Assembly: GCF_007748075.1 (NCBI RefSeq) | Contig: NZ_CP036280.1 | Span: forward strand, 390,001 to 422,000 | Length of the DNA: 32,000 nucleotides | Direction of reading: 5' to 3' | From: Mucisphaera calidilacus | GTDB lineage: Bacteria > Planctomycetota > Phycisphaerae > Phycisphaerales > Phycisphaeraceae | Shown: positions 15,785-24,424 of the stretch, piece by piece | Layout of the letters: every line of letters starts with the position of its first letter | How positions within the stretch are numbered: position 1 is the first letter of the stretch | Translations under genes and position numbers: made by a program | The notes under the pieces: model-generated | Database searches by the model: none | Seen by the model: only the letters and a program-made list of their open reading frames with translations | What the model was told of the DNA's origin: nothing

Positions 15785-18700
15785 TCATTGGTGGCCAATC
15801 GGTCGGGGTGGTGAGGCGTTCAGGTCCCAAGCCTCAAGCGTAAATCCCCAGTCACCTCCGCCTTGACTGATCCGAGTGACAAGCTCATGGACGCCGGCTG
15901 CGAGATCAAGCGTGACCCTGTCCTCTCCGGGTGTGTACGCGCGTGGACGCTCGGCATCAACGACCTTCCGTCCGTCGAGCCAGACAACCATGCCGTCATC
16001 TGAGCCGCCGATCAACGCAACGCGTGTCGGCTCGCGAAGCGTCAAGCGCGTCCGGGCGTAGGCAATCCGGTCGCCGGATTCGGTCAGCCTCTTCAAATCA
16101 ATCCATGAGCCCTTGTCGCTCCCGGGCAGACGCTGCCACCGCTGCCCGCGGATGCTTTCTGGCAGTGATCGCCGGCCAACGATGGCCTGCTCGATCTCGC
16201 TGATGCCCCGGACTTCATTGATCGTCCCAATCGCGAACGGGCCGATGACCTCCCAATCGAGCCTTGGGGTGACCAGCGGCCGCGTTGAAGCAGCCACTCG
16301 ATCAGAGGCAAACGCTTGAGGGCGAGACAAAGCGTCACGGAGCCCGGTAGCGGGCCGACCATCCGTGGCGGTGATGCGTGCGACCAGTCCCCATCCCCCC
16401 TGGCCCTGCGCAACCTTGATGACGATACGGTTGACACCTTCCCTGAGTTGAACCGGGAGGATGTTCTGATCAGGCAGCGCGGGGCGGTCGAAACTCTCGG
16501 CGAACACGTTCTCGCCGTTCACCCAGACCGTAAGCGTGTCGTCACTGCCCAATCTCAGTTCAACAAGCCGCTCACGATCACTATGGACAAATGCCTGGGC
16601 ATAGGCTGCGGTGTTGTGCCGCTCGCCGAGCAGAGCCGAGAAGTCGAGACCGTTCGTCGCCGCGATGATGAGCGGGTCAACACGTTCCCAACGAACGGGT
16701 CCATCGGGCGTCGCGAACCGCGCGGATGCGGACGGCTCCCACTGTGGAGGATGTGTCGCTGCGAACGCCGCCGACTTGGACTCAGCCGGGAAGGGTCCCG
16801 CGATGATCCATTGAGGCGAACGAACCAGAACCGCTTCACCAGAGGTGTTCCAGCCACCGGGTCCCTCGACGCTCAGCGTCACCCTGCTGTCGCCGATGAC
16901 TCCACCCGCTTCATTGATCTCCATGCCCCAGGTGATCTCGCGGGACTCCCGGGCCTGCAGCCGCATACGCCTTCGTGGCTCTTGAACGCGAACTTCCGAA
17001 GGTGCTGCGATGGACAGCTCCAGAGCGAGCGGATCACCGGTCCTGTTCATGAGTGTCGCTCGGAGCTGGTGATCACCGCTCGTCACGACCTCGCCAACAG
17101 GATCGCGGATTTCGAGCGCGAGCATATCAGACCAGTTCACGCTCCCACGCAGAAGAACTGTCCCGTCGTAACTCAACACGTAGACCTGCCGCTGGCCCGA
17201 CAACGTGCCGGGGTGCGTAGGTGTCAGATCGGCGATCAGACGGTCGCCACTTTTCGATACCACGCCGTCGTGCACGACGTCCGGCTGGTTTTCGGCCCAC
17301 CATCGCAGGCTGAAACGTGACGGTTCGACGGAAGACTCAAACCCTATTACGACCGGGCGGCCGACCAGATTGCCGCTGGCCGGTGCGTCGAGATCACCAA
17401 GCTCTGGAACCGACCCCCACAGGGACGATGGGCTTACGTGCAGGTCTCGGATCGGGGCGTCGGCGTGCCATGTCCCAAACGGCTGTCCCCGGACGCTTCT
17501 GACCGTCAGCTTCGCACCCTGTCGCAGAAAGAGGGGCGGTTGATCGAGTGCCAGCGGGACGTTGAAGGTGCCCGGGCCGGTGAACACCAACGGTTGTTGT
17601 GCGTGCAGCCACTGACCCGGCGGGAAGGTAACAGCTCGCTGCGTGGCGCCCTGCTCCATGACGGGGGCGACGAGCAGGTCTGGCCCCAGCATGTACTGTG
17701 TCGCCAGCCTGGCGTCCGGGTGAGGTGTTCCAGCAAAAAACATCGGGCGCATGATGGGCATGCCTGTTTCTGCAGCCTCCGCGCCCAGTTCAAGGAGTGT
17801 TGGCATCAGACACAGTCGCAGGTGGGCCAGCCGACGATACGCATCGACAGCTTCAGGTCCGAAGTGCCAGGGTTCCCGAGGGTCGATGCCATGGAACTGC
17901 ATGAAGGGGCTGAGTGCTCCGAGTTGCAACCAGCGGATGTAGAGTTCAGGCGTCGCCGTCCCATAGTAACCGCCGATGTCGTGTCCCCAATAGGGCATGC
18001 CGGATAATGAGGATGACAAACCCGCGGTAATAAGCCTGCACAGCTGCGACCACTCGGCTCCCTGATCCCCCGCCCACAAGCCCGGAGCCTTCTCGATGCC
18101 GAGGCTCCCGCTGCGAGACCACAGCATGCCGTCGACTCCTTCCTCGCGAAGCACGTCGTAGGTGGCACGGTTATACGCGGTGGAATACGCGTTATGCGCC
18201 TGCCAGCCGGGTGTGTCCTCGTGCCCGAGTCGGTCATCCGGCTTGATCGCCTCGCCGTCATCCGCCTTGAAACCCGAAATACCCATGCGCACGACCGGCC
18301 GCAGCATTTCTTTCCAGAGGTCAACGCCCTCCGGCTTGAGGAAATCAACGTTCCCGAAGCCCGCGAGCCACTCCTCGCGCAGACTCACCCCACCGCCAGG
18401 ATCGCGCACCAGCAGGCCCTGCTCGGCGGCTTTCGTGAACCATGGCGAAGAGGGATGGAGTATCGGCACCTGCCAGAGCACCACACGAACACCCTCCCGC
18501 GCACAACGATCCAGGAAGCCCTTCGGATCTGGCCATCGCTCCTGAGAGAATCGGTTGAACGACCCGCTCTCGCTGCGGCCCTTCCATGCCTCGAGAACAA
18601 TCACGCCGAAGGGAAGATCACGCTCACGCATGCCGTCCATGGCCGCCTCGGCCTCGTCCTGAGTCTCATAACTGTTCTTGCTGATCCACGGTTGATAGGC

Positions 18701-19411
18701 CCAATCCGGAGCCGGCTCCAGGCCGCCGATCATCCGTGTACGGTCGGCGATCAGTTGCGGGATCGTCTCGGCAAAGCCGACCACGAAGGATGCCGATGTG
18801 CCCGCTCGGCAGTAGCGGTTCCATCCATCGCCCAGACGGTTCAGATCAAAATGCCCCTCAGGGTTGTCGTCTGCAAGGAAGCTGTAGCCCCCAGAGGCGT
18901 AAACGACCGGCGAGACGTAGTAGCTGTCGGAACCCTCGCCGCCCTGGCCCGGTGCATCGACGATCCACATCTCGACCCTGTGTCCGGCTAGATTGAGGCT
19001 GTCGAAACGCTCGCCAAAACCGTACAGCGCTTCGTCGCGACCGGCCTGCCAGGCGATTTCAAGCCCGGGCACGGAGGCACGCCCGTACGACCCGAGTTTG
19101 CTGAACCTGACCCTCCAAGCGGGTGCGCCCTCAGACCGGAGTGTCAGTAACTGATCACGGGGATCGAAACTGGCAGCAATCCCCGGCGAGACCTGCCGGC
19201 TGATGCGCGTTGCGGATGGCTGGGTGATCTCGGCACCCTCCTCCAGATGAATACGGATCATGTTGCTGAGCTCATCATCCACCGTGCTGATACGGATGGT
19301 GATCCCGTCTCGCGTCACAGCAAAGTGCTGGGCATCGTCTTGGGCATTGACCACAACAGGGCTGATAAAGGCGTAAATAACTATCATGAATATACTTATA
19401 GTTAGTTTCAT
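15785..19411 (-). CDS. Glycoside hydrolase family 31 (alpha-glucosidase/alpha-xylosidase-type) with signal peptide and a C-terminal extension of about 550 aa
   Basis: N-terminal signal MKLTISIFMIVIYAFISPVVVNAQ. GH31 boxes: LYGFGERFDSLNLAGHRVEMW, GISGFKADDGE (nucleophile box, 18251-18274), LWAGDQ (acid/base box, WAGDQ = 18062-18076) and YWGHDIGGY (17966-17989). Convergent with the giant gene and divergent from the LacI gene. Confidence 0.85.
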   Translation of the reverse strand: MKLTISIFMIVIYAFISPVVVNAQDDAQHFAVTRDGITIRISTVDDELSNMIRIHLEEGAEITQPSATRISRQVSPGIAASFDPRDQLLTLRSEGAPAWRVRFSKLGSYGRASVPGLEIAWQAGRDEALYGFGERFDSLNLAGHRVEMWIVDAPGQGGEGSDSYYVSPVVYASGGYSFLADDNPEGHFDLNRLGDGWNRYCRAGTSASFVVGFAETIPQLIADRTRMIGGLEPAPDWAYQPWISKNSYETQDEAEAAMDGMRERDLPFGVIVLEAWKGRSESGSFNRFSQERWPDPKGFLDRCAREGVRVVLWQVPILHPSSPWFTKAAEQGLLVRDPGGGVSLREEWLAGFGNVDFLKPEGVDLWKEMLRPVVRMGISGFKADDGEAIKPDDRLGHEDTPGWQAHNAYSTAYNRATYDVLREEGVDGMLWSRSGSLGIEKAPGLWAGDQGAEWSQLCRLITAGLSSSLSGMPYWGHDIGGYYGTATPELYIRWLQLGALSPFMQFHGIDPREPWHFGPEAVDAYRRLAHLRLCLMPTLLELGAEAAETGMPIMRPMFFAGTPHPDARLATQYMLGPDLLVAPVMEQGATQRAVTFPPGQWLHAQQPLVFTGPGTFNVPLALDQPPLFLRQGAKLTVRSVRGQPFGTWHADAPIRDLHVSPSSLWGSVPELGDLDAPASGNLVGRPVVIGFESSVEPSRFSLRWWAENQPDVVHDGVVSKSGDRLIADLTPTHPGTLSGQRQVYVLSYDGTVLLRGSVNWSDMLALEIRDPVGEVVTSGDHQLRATLMNRTGDPLALELSIAAPSEVRVQEPRRRMRLQARESREITWGMEINEAGGVIGDSRVTLSVEGPGGWNTSGEAVLVRSPQWIIAGPFPAESKSAAFAATHPPQWEPSASARFATPDGPVRWERVDPLIIAATNGLDFSALLGERHNTAAYAQAFVHSDRERLVELRLGSDDTLTVWVNGENVFAESFDRPALPDQNILPVQLREGVNRIVIKVAQGQGGWGLVARITATDGRPATGLRDALSRPQAFASDRVAASTRPLVTPRLDWEVIGPFAIGTINEVRGISEIEQAIVGRRSLPESIRGQRWQRLPGSDKGSWIDLKRLTESGDRIAYARTRLTLREPTRVALIGGSDDGMVVWLDGRKVVDAERPRAYTPGEDRVTLDLAAGVHELVTRISQGGGDWGFTLEAWDLNASPPRPIGHQ
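15788..16810 (-). repeat. Two tandem beta-sandwich (jelly-roll/galactose-binding-like or PA14-like) modules at the GH31 C-terminus
   Basis: Module 1 (about 16372-16810): WIIAGPF...VRWERV...AAYAQAFVHSDRERLVELRLGSDDTLTVWVNGENVF...LREGVNRIVIKVAQGQGGWGLVARI. Module 2 (about 15788-16255): WEVIGPF...QRWQRL...IAYARTRLTLREPTRVALIGGSDDGMVVWLDGRKVV...LAAGVHELVTRISQGGGDWGFTLEA. Fold family not resolved. Confidence 0.5.
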
Positions 19412-19483
19412 GGCATGGTTGTCCGGTTTAGGCGTCGCTCAGAGTACCAATGGGTCAGAAAAAACGGTTTCGAGTCACTTGAC

Positions 19484-19530
19484 TAAATGCATTTATCATA
19501 TAGGCTAGAGAAGATAAGTAAAAGCATTTA
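19484..19530. promoter_or_regulatory. Candidate operator pair in the GH31/LacI divergent promoter region
   Basis: Perfect 12-bp palindrome TAAATGCATTTA (19484-19495) and a one-mismatch copy TAAAAGCATTTA (19519-19530), 35 bp centre to centre. A third GCATTT sits at 19540-19545. The first site abuts a TTGACT hexamer (19479-19484). The region is 35-42% G+C by hand count. Confidence 0.4.
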
Positions 19531-19582
19531 GTTGCCTCGGCATTTGTTTTCTTACTACATCTCAATCACTCAGGCTCGCAGC

Positions 19583-20665
19583 GTGACACAAGCAACCCGT
19601 ACAACAGGAAAAGGCGAAAAGCCGGTCACCACGCTGTCCGCTCTGGCTCGTCACGTCGGCGTTTCACCAACGACCGTCTCTTTCGTGCTCAACGGCAAGG
19701 CCGCTGAGCGGAAAATCTCTGTCGAGACGGTTCAGCGTGTCCTCGCCGCCGCGAAAGACGTCAACTACACCCCCAATGCACTCGCACGCGGTCTCCGCCA
19801 GAAGAAGACGCACGCCATCGGCGTCGTGTTCCCGCACCTCCGCAACGACTGGGCCCACCTGATCATGCGCGGCGTCGTGGAGGAACTCGGAGCTTCGGAG
19901 ACCGTCCCCATGATTGTCTGTCATCACGGCGACGCCGAACTCGAAGCGCGACTGCTCCGTTCGCTGGTCGAGCGACGCGTCGACGGCATCATCTGCAATC
20001 CGCTACGCAACGGCATGGACCGGTACCGCGACGTTGTCCGCCGTGGGGTTCCGTTGATCTTCCTCGGCGACGCCCCCAAGGGACTCGACGAGATTCCCTG
20101 CTCGGCGTGGGATCCCGCTGCCGTGCACCTGGCCGTGGAACACCTGCTGGCGTTGGGGCATCGACGCATCGTCTATCTCGGGAGCCGTGATAATCGCGTG
20201 ATCTCTGAGGCCCGGCGGCATGTCTTCTGGGACAGCCTCAGGCAAGCCGGATTGTCGCCTTCCCGTCGCGACATCATCCTGAGCAGCACGTCCGAGGACG
20301 TGGGCGATGGACCGCTGGAGTTGCTCCGCGGTGAGAACCCACCCACGGCGTTCTTCGTCGAGTACGACGATCAGGCTGTCAGCCTGTACCAGCTCCTCGA
20401 TGACGCCGGCGTAGCGTGTCCCCGTAACGTCTCGATCGCCACCATGGGTGGTTCGCCTCGGAGTGTGTCCGCGGGTTGCTGTCTGACGACCGTCTCAGCC
20501 CCGGTGGTCGATGAGGGACGCGCGTGCGCACAACGACTCATGAGCATGATCGATGAACCCGAGCACAAGCCCGAACGGGCGTATGTGCACGGCGGATCGC
20601 TTCTCGTCGGACAGACCACGGGGCCTGTCGCGAACTCGAAACCCGGATCCCGAGGGACACCATGA
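19583..20665 (+). CDS. LacI/GalR-family transcriptional regulator
   Basis: [26 protein letters not shown]...[38 protein letters not shown] followed by a periplasmic-binding-protein-like sugar-binding core. Start uncertain: GTG 19583 is preferred. The TTG 19532 in the ORF track would add an AT-rich extension that overlaps the candidate operator. Confidence 0.85.
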   Translation: MTQATRTTGKGEKPVTTLSALARHVGVSPTTVSFVLNGKAAERKISVETVQRVLAAAKDVNYTPNALARGLRQKKTHAIGVVFPHLRNDWAHLIMRGVVEELGASETVPMIVCHHGDAELEARLLRSLVERRVDGIICNPLRNGMDRYRDVVRRGVPLIFLGDAPKGLDEIPCSAWDPAAVHLAVEHLLALGHRRIVYLGSRDNRVISEARRHVFWDSLRQAGLSPSRRDIILSSTSEDVGDGPLELLRGENPPTAFFVEYDDQAVSLYQLLDDAGVACPRNVSIATMGGSPRSVSAGCCLTTVSAPVVDEGRACAQRLMSMIDEPEHKPERAYVHGGSLLVGQTTGPVANSKPGSRGTP

Positions 20666-21462
20666 AACGCACGAACGGATTCACCCTCATCGAACTTCTT
20701 GTGGTGATCTCGATCATCGCGCTGCTGATCGGTATCCTGCTGCCCGCACTAAGCGCCGCAAGGAACACGGCACGATCGGCGGCATGCCTCTCGAACCAAC
20801 GCCAGTTGGGCATCGCACTGGTGAGTTACACGATCGACCACGACGGCTACTTCCCGCCGGTGCGCGACTGGGCACTGCTGTTCGGTGGCGTCGGTGAAAC
20901 CTCGCGTTTTCAGGACGGCGCCCAGACGGGGACGCCGATCGATGCAGCGAGCGCCCCCCGACCGCTGCTCGACGCCGGCTACCTCGGCGACAGCAAAGGC
21001 TCCGAGTGCCCCGCTGACATCGGTGATCCCGAGTTCGACGGCACGACGGATCCCGTCGAGAACACCTTCGAGGCCTACGGCAGCAGCTACCGGGCGATCA
21101 TCGAAGTGGACATCCGCCAGCGGGTCCTGCCCGGGCGTGATCCCGTAGCGCTCTACGGCGTGGACTACATCGGTTGGCGTCCGACGGGCTACGGCGGAGC
21201 CTACAACGACGTGGCCCCCAGGCGGATGGACGATTACGACCGAAATCTCAGCGTCAAGATCGTCGCTGGAGACTGGAACTGGCTGCCCGATGAGGTCTGG
21301 GCAGACACCCCCAAAGCCAGGTGGCACGGCTCGGGCGAGCGGGCTAACAACATGATGTACGCCGACGGACACGCCGCTTACTACCGGTTTACGGCTGAGT
21401 ATGAACAACGCTTTGCCACCAATGTGTTCGCCCCCGCTGATCCCAATTTGGGTTACTGGTAA
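20662..21462 (+). CDS. Prepilin-type N-terminal cleavage/methylation domain protein (pseudopilin-like, HX9DG/DUF1559-like)
   Basis: [53 protein letters not shown] is the classic GFTLIE prepilin leader plus hydrophobic helix. C-terminal [21 protein letters not shown] is an H-X12-DG variant. Its ATG overlaps the LacI stop (ATGA at 20662-20665). Confidence 0.85.
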   Translation: MKRTNGFTLIELLVVISIIALLIGILLPALSAARNTARSAACLSNQRQLGIALVSYTIDHDGYFPPVRDWALLFGGVGETSRFQDGAQTGTPIDAASAPRPLLDAGYLGDSKGSECPADIGDPEFDGTTDPVENTFEAYGSSYRAIIEVDIRQRVLPGRDPVALYGVDYIGWRPTGYGGAYNDVAPRRMDDYDRNLSVKIVAGDWNWLPDEVWADTPKARWHGSGERANNMMYADGHAAYYRFTAEYEQRFATNVFAPADPNLGYW

Positions 21463-21515
21463 TACTGACCTGATCACATTTGTGTGCTTTACTTTGCTGG
21501 ATGGAGAATATCGAC

Positions 21516-23483
21516 ATGTCCAATCAAGGCCTGACCTTCACGACGCTCATGCTGGTTGCCGCCGCTCTCGGCGGGCAGACCCATACACACGCCGCCACCA
21601 TCGGCAGCGACGACGCCGGCCGGGCGAGCTATGTCGCCAGCGGCTGGTTCGATGGCCAGAACGACGGCGTCGGCTTCGGCCCCTGGAAACTCCTCTCGGA
21701 CGCCACCGGCGGCGGATTCGCAGGCTTCTACAGCGCCGACAATCTCGGGGGAGTCGACAACATCGGCGTCGAACAGACCCCGCCGCTGCCCTATGCCAAC
21801 CCCGCCGCCGAGGGACGCGTCTGGGCCAGCTACGCCAACAAGGGCGACGGCATCGACCGCGCCACGGCCTTCCGATCGCTCGATGAATCGCTGGACGGCC
21901 TCGGCGACAGCTTCTCGGTCAGCTACGAACACGGGTTCGTCAACGGTGCCGCAGGCGTTGCCCTCAGGACCGCCAATATCAGTGACCTCGCTGAGGATTA
22001 CGACGCCGGAGCAAGGGCACAGTTCCAGTTCAGCGGTGGCAACGGCGTCTACGCTCTGATCGACGACGCGGGAACAGTGGAACTCGACGGCTCCGCCGGC
22101 CTGCCGTTTGTCCCCTTCACCTTCTTCGGCGTGGACCTGACTTACACCATGACCGGTCCCGACACCTACGATCTTCAGATCACCAAGTACAACGCCGAGG
22201 CAGGGTCAGGCGGCTCGGCACCCGATGTCTTCAACAAGACCACGCACCCGGCGCTGGGCGGGCGCAGCCTCGCGGGGACCGGTACGATCGACTCGGTCGC
22301 GCTCTATCAGGAAGACGTGGAGAAGCAGAGCGACGGCTTCTTCAACAATCTCAACTACACTACCTCCACCGGTAACGGTGCCGACAACGCCGCCAACTAC
22401 TTCGGCCTCTGGTTCGAGGGCGACAACTTCGGCAACGGATTCGGGCCGTGGGTGTTCACCTCCGAAACCGACGGCGGCTTTGCGGGCAATTTCATCCAGG
22501 CAGGGGCCGGCAACGGCGTCGATAACGCCGGAACGCCTGCCCCCGACGGATCTGTCTGGGCCAGCTACGCCAATCAGGGCAACTTCGCCGACAAGGCCGT
22601 GCAGTACCGAAACCTGAACCATCTACTTGGCGAGCCGAACGACACCTTCTCCGTCTCCTTGGAGAACGGGTACGTCGATCCCGGCGGCCGCGTGGGCATC
22701 TCGCTGCTGGACGGATCGGTCCAGCCCGACGTGACGCCTGATGACTACGCCAGCAACGCTCTTTTCCAGTTCTTCTTCGAGGGCGGCAACGAGACTTACA
22801 CCCTGATCGATGCCAGCGGCGAGATCGACACAGGCGTCAATTTCTCGTTCTGGGGCGTCGACCTCGATCTTGTCATGACCGGCATCGGAACCTTCGACCT
22901 GACCATCACGCGCTACGGCGAACCCAACGACGCCGAGCCCGAGATCACTACGCTCAGCGACCTGACCCTCGCGACGACGCCCGGCACCGGCATGATCGGC
23001 TCTCTGGCTTTCGTGAATGTGGACGCACCCAATCAGAGCGACGTCTTCTGGAATCATCTCACCTACGCCACCGACCAAGGCGGCGGCCTCGAGGGTGATT
23101 TCAACAATGACGGAATCGTCGATGACATGGACATCGATCTTCTGCGCGAGAACCTCGGCGACCCGGCGTTCGACCTCGACGGCAATGGCGTCGCCGACGC
23201 TGACGACATGATCTACATCGTCGAAACAATCATCGGTTCCCGTCTGGGCGACGCTAATCTCGATCGGACGGTCGATCTGCTGGACCTCTCGGCGTTGGCG
23301 TCGAATTTCAACAGCGCCGCCGGTTGGGCGGGCGGCAACTTCAACACCGACGCCGCGGTTGACCTGCTGGATCTCTCAATTCTTGCGGCCTCGTTCGGTC
23401 AGTCAGCGACCGTTCCCGAACCGGGTGCCGCCGTTCTGTTAACGCTCGGGCTGGCAGGTGTGGCCCGGAGGAAACACGGATAA
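21516..23483 (+). CDS. PEP-CTERM surface protein: signal peptide, two copies of an unrecognised ~230-255-aa module, dockerin-like repeats, PEP-CTERM anchor
   Basis: GGAGAA lies 7 nt upstream of ATG 21516. Signal MSNQGLTFTTLMLVAAALGGQTHTHA. Module copies at about 21603-22363 and 22378-23070. Dockerin-like GDFNNDGIVDDMDIDLL ... GDANLDRTVDLLDLSALASNFN ... GNFNTDAAVDLLDLSILAASFG. VPEP (23412-23423) plus hydrophobic helix plus RRKHG. The ORF-track start 21480 is probably too early. Confidence 0.85.
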   Translation: MSNQGLTFTTLMLVAAALGGQTHTHAATIGSDDAGRASYVASGWFDGQNDGVGFGPWKLLSDATGGGFAGFYSADNLGGVDNIGVEQTPPLPYANPAAEGRVWASYANKGDGIDRATAFRSLDESLDGLGDSFSVSYEHGFVNGAAGVALRTANISDLAEDYDAGARAQFQFSGGNGVYALIDDAGTVELDGSAGLPFVPFTFFGVDLTYTMTGPDTYDLQITKYNAEAGSGGSAPDVFNKTTHPALGGRSLAGTGTIDSVALYQEDVEKQSDGFFNNLNYTTSTGNGADNAANYFGLWFEGDNFGNGFGPWVFTSETDGGFAGNFIQAGAGNGVDNAGTPAPDGSVWASYANQGNFADKAVQYRNLNHLLGEPNDTFSVSLENGYVDPGGRVGISLLDGSVQPDVTPDDYASNALFQFFFEGGNETYTLIDASGEIDTGVNFSFWGVDLDLVMTGIGTFDLTITRYGEPNDAEPEITTLSDLTLATTPGTGMIGSLAFVNVDAPNQSDVFWNHLTYATDQGGGLEGDFNNDGIVDDMDIDLLRENLGDPAFDLDGNGVADADDMIYIVETIIGSRLGDANLDRTVDLLDLSALASNFNSAAGWAGGNFNTDAAVDLLDLSILAASFGQSATVPEPGAAVLLTLGLAGVARRKHG

Positions 23484-23565
23484 TCAGGCCCCTACGCCTG
23501 CCGGATAACCCGATTCGCGACTGGCTTCTATTCACCCTTTCCTGATCACTGGAGGAGAAAGCATC

Positions 23566-24345
23566 ATGAATCACACGCAACTCACCATCACGCTCCTGAC
23601 AGCCCTGGGCATCGGCACCGCCTGCGCCTCTGCAGCGGATGTCGGCTTCGACGACGCGAGCGCCGCGGCGTACAGCGACGGCTGGGACAACTTCGACGAC
23701 GGTAACACCGGCGGCGGCCCCGGCATGGGCGGCTGGGTCTTCGGCGGCAACGCGGTCAGCGGCACGACGGTCGACATCGCCAGTTCTGCCGGCTTGGGCG
23801 GCGGTGTCGCCGCGATCGATACGGACGGCAAGGCGTTCAAGATCCATGACACCTCGGGTGGCTTCGTCGACGTCTTCCGCTTCTTCGATCCTGAGGGTCT
23901 CGACGCGGGCCAGGTCTTTACCATGGAGATGGCCGTGAACTTCCGTGGCGGCTTCAAGGGCATGGACCTCCGTGGCACCGACACCAGCACCATCTTCAAT
24001 CTCAACGTGGGTGGTGACGATTACACCGTCGGTCAGGCCACGACCGGCAGCGGCAGCCTCGGCAACGCCTACAGCAACGATACCCGTTTCACCCTCGAAT
24101 TCGTACAGACGACACTGGCAGGCGGCGAATGGACCGTGACGCGATCCGGCGGCATCGACGACGTCGATACCGGCACCTATACGGGCCGAGCCGGCAGCAT
24201 CAAGCTCTACAGCGGCAGCCAGGGAAGCTTCGGCGAGGACGCCATCTACTACAACAACTTCTCGGTCACACCGATCCCCGCGCCCGGCGCCGCAGCCTGC
24301 GGCCTGCTCGGACTCGGCGGGCTGGCCCTCAGACGTAACCGCTGA
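23566..24345 (+). CDS. Small PEP-CTERM surface protein carrying one divergent copy of the same module
   Basis: GGAGGAG (23551-23557) precedes the ATG. Signal MNHTQLTITLLTALGIGTACASA. Module at about 23635-24270 (AAYSDGWDNFDDGNTGGGPGMGGW ... IYYNNFSVT). IPAP (24274-24285) plus GAAACGLLGLGGLAL plus RRNR. Confidence 0.85.
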   Translation: MNHTQLTITLLTALGIGTACASAADVGFDDASAAAYSDGWDNFDDGNTGGGPGMGGWVFGGNAVSGTTVDIASSAGLGGGVAAIDTDGKAFKIHDTSGGFVDVFRFFDPEGLDAGQVFTMEMAVNFRGGFKGMDLRGTDTSTIFNLNVGGDDYTVGQATTGSGSLGNAYSNDTRFTLEFVQTTLAGGEWTVTRSGGIDDVDTGTYTGRAGSIKLYSGSQGSFGEDAIYYNNFSVTPIPAPGAAACGLLGLGGLALRRNR

Positions 24346-24357
24346 GCCTCCTCCTGA

Positions 24358-24392
24358 CCGGAGCGGGTGCTGACGCGCCCACTCCGGTTTTT
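24358..24392 (+). terminator. Rho-independent terminator-like hairpin between the small module gene and the GH66 gene
   Basis: CCGGAGCGGGTG (24358-24369), 6-nt loop, CGCCCACTCCGG (24376-24387). This gives 10 Watson-Crick pairs, one G-U pair and one C/A mismatch, followed by TTTTT (24388-24392), 13 nt after the TGA stop. Confidence 0.55.
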
Positions 24393-24424
24393 AGCTGTGG
24401 CCGAGTCATCGTGAGGTCGTCCGG

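Noticed and set aside
16316-17320. 334-aa + strand ORF. Others lie at 17438-18007 and 18194-18991 opposite the GH31 gene, and at 24824-26212 opposite the GH66 gene.
   Set aside because: These are Arg/Pro/Gly-rich translations typical of wrong-frame high-GC sequence. The opposite strand carries clear GH31 and GH66 motifs.
19455-19477. AAAAACGGTTTCGAG as a classical CG-centred LacI-type operator.
   Set aside because: Only 3 of 7 positions flanking the central CG are complementary. The TAAATGCATTTA palindrome is a much better candidate.
19532-19582. N-terminal extensions implied by the ORF-track starts: 19532 TTG for LacI, 21480 for the two-module protein, 27465 for the propeller-like protein and 30765 for its paralogue.
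   Set aside because: The extensions are AT-rich or non-signal-like and overlap promoter or operator candidates. Downstream starts are preceded by GGAG-type ribosome-binding sites (21516, 27483, 30708-30702) and yield proper signal peptides. For LacI, GTG 19583 is preferred but not proven.
23484-23565. Small CAGGC-N6-GCCTG hairpin after the two-module gene, considered as a terminator.
   Set aside because: The stem is only 5 bp and there is no T-run. The next gene starts 82 nt downstream with a strong RBS, so co-transcription is more likely.
23590-23630. Possible lipoprotein lipobox (LGIGTAC) in the 23566-24345 product.
   Set aside because: The residues preceding the Cys do not fit the L-(A/S)-(G/A)-C pattern. 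An ordinary signal-peptidase I site (ASA) follows, and the protein already has a C-terminal PEP-CTERM anchor.
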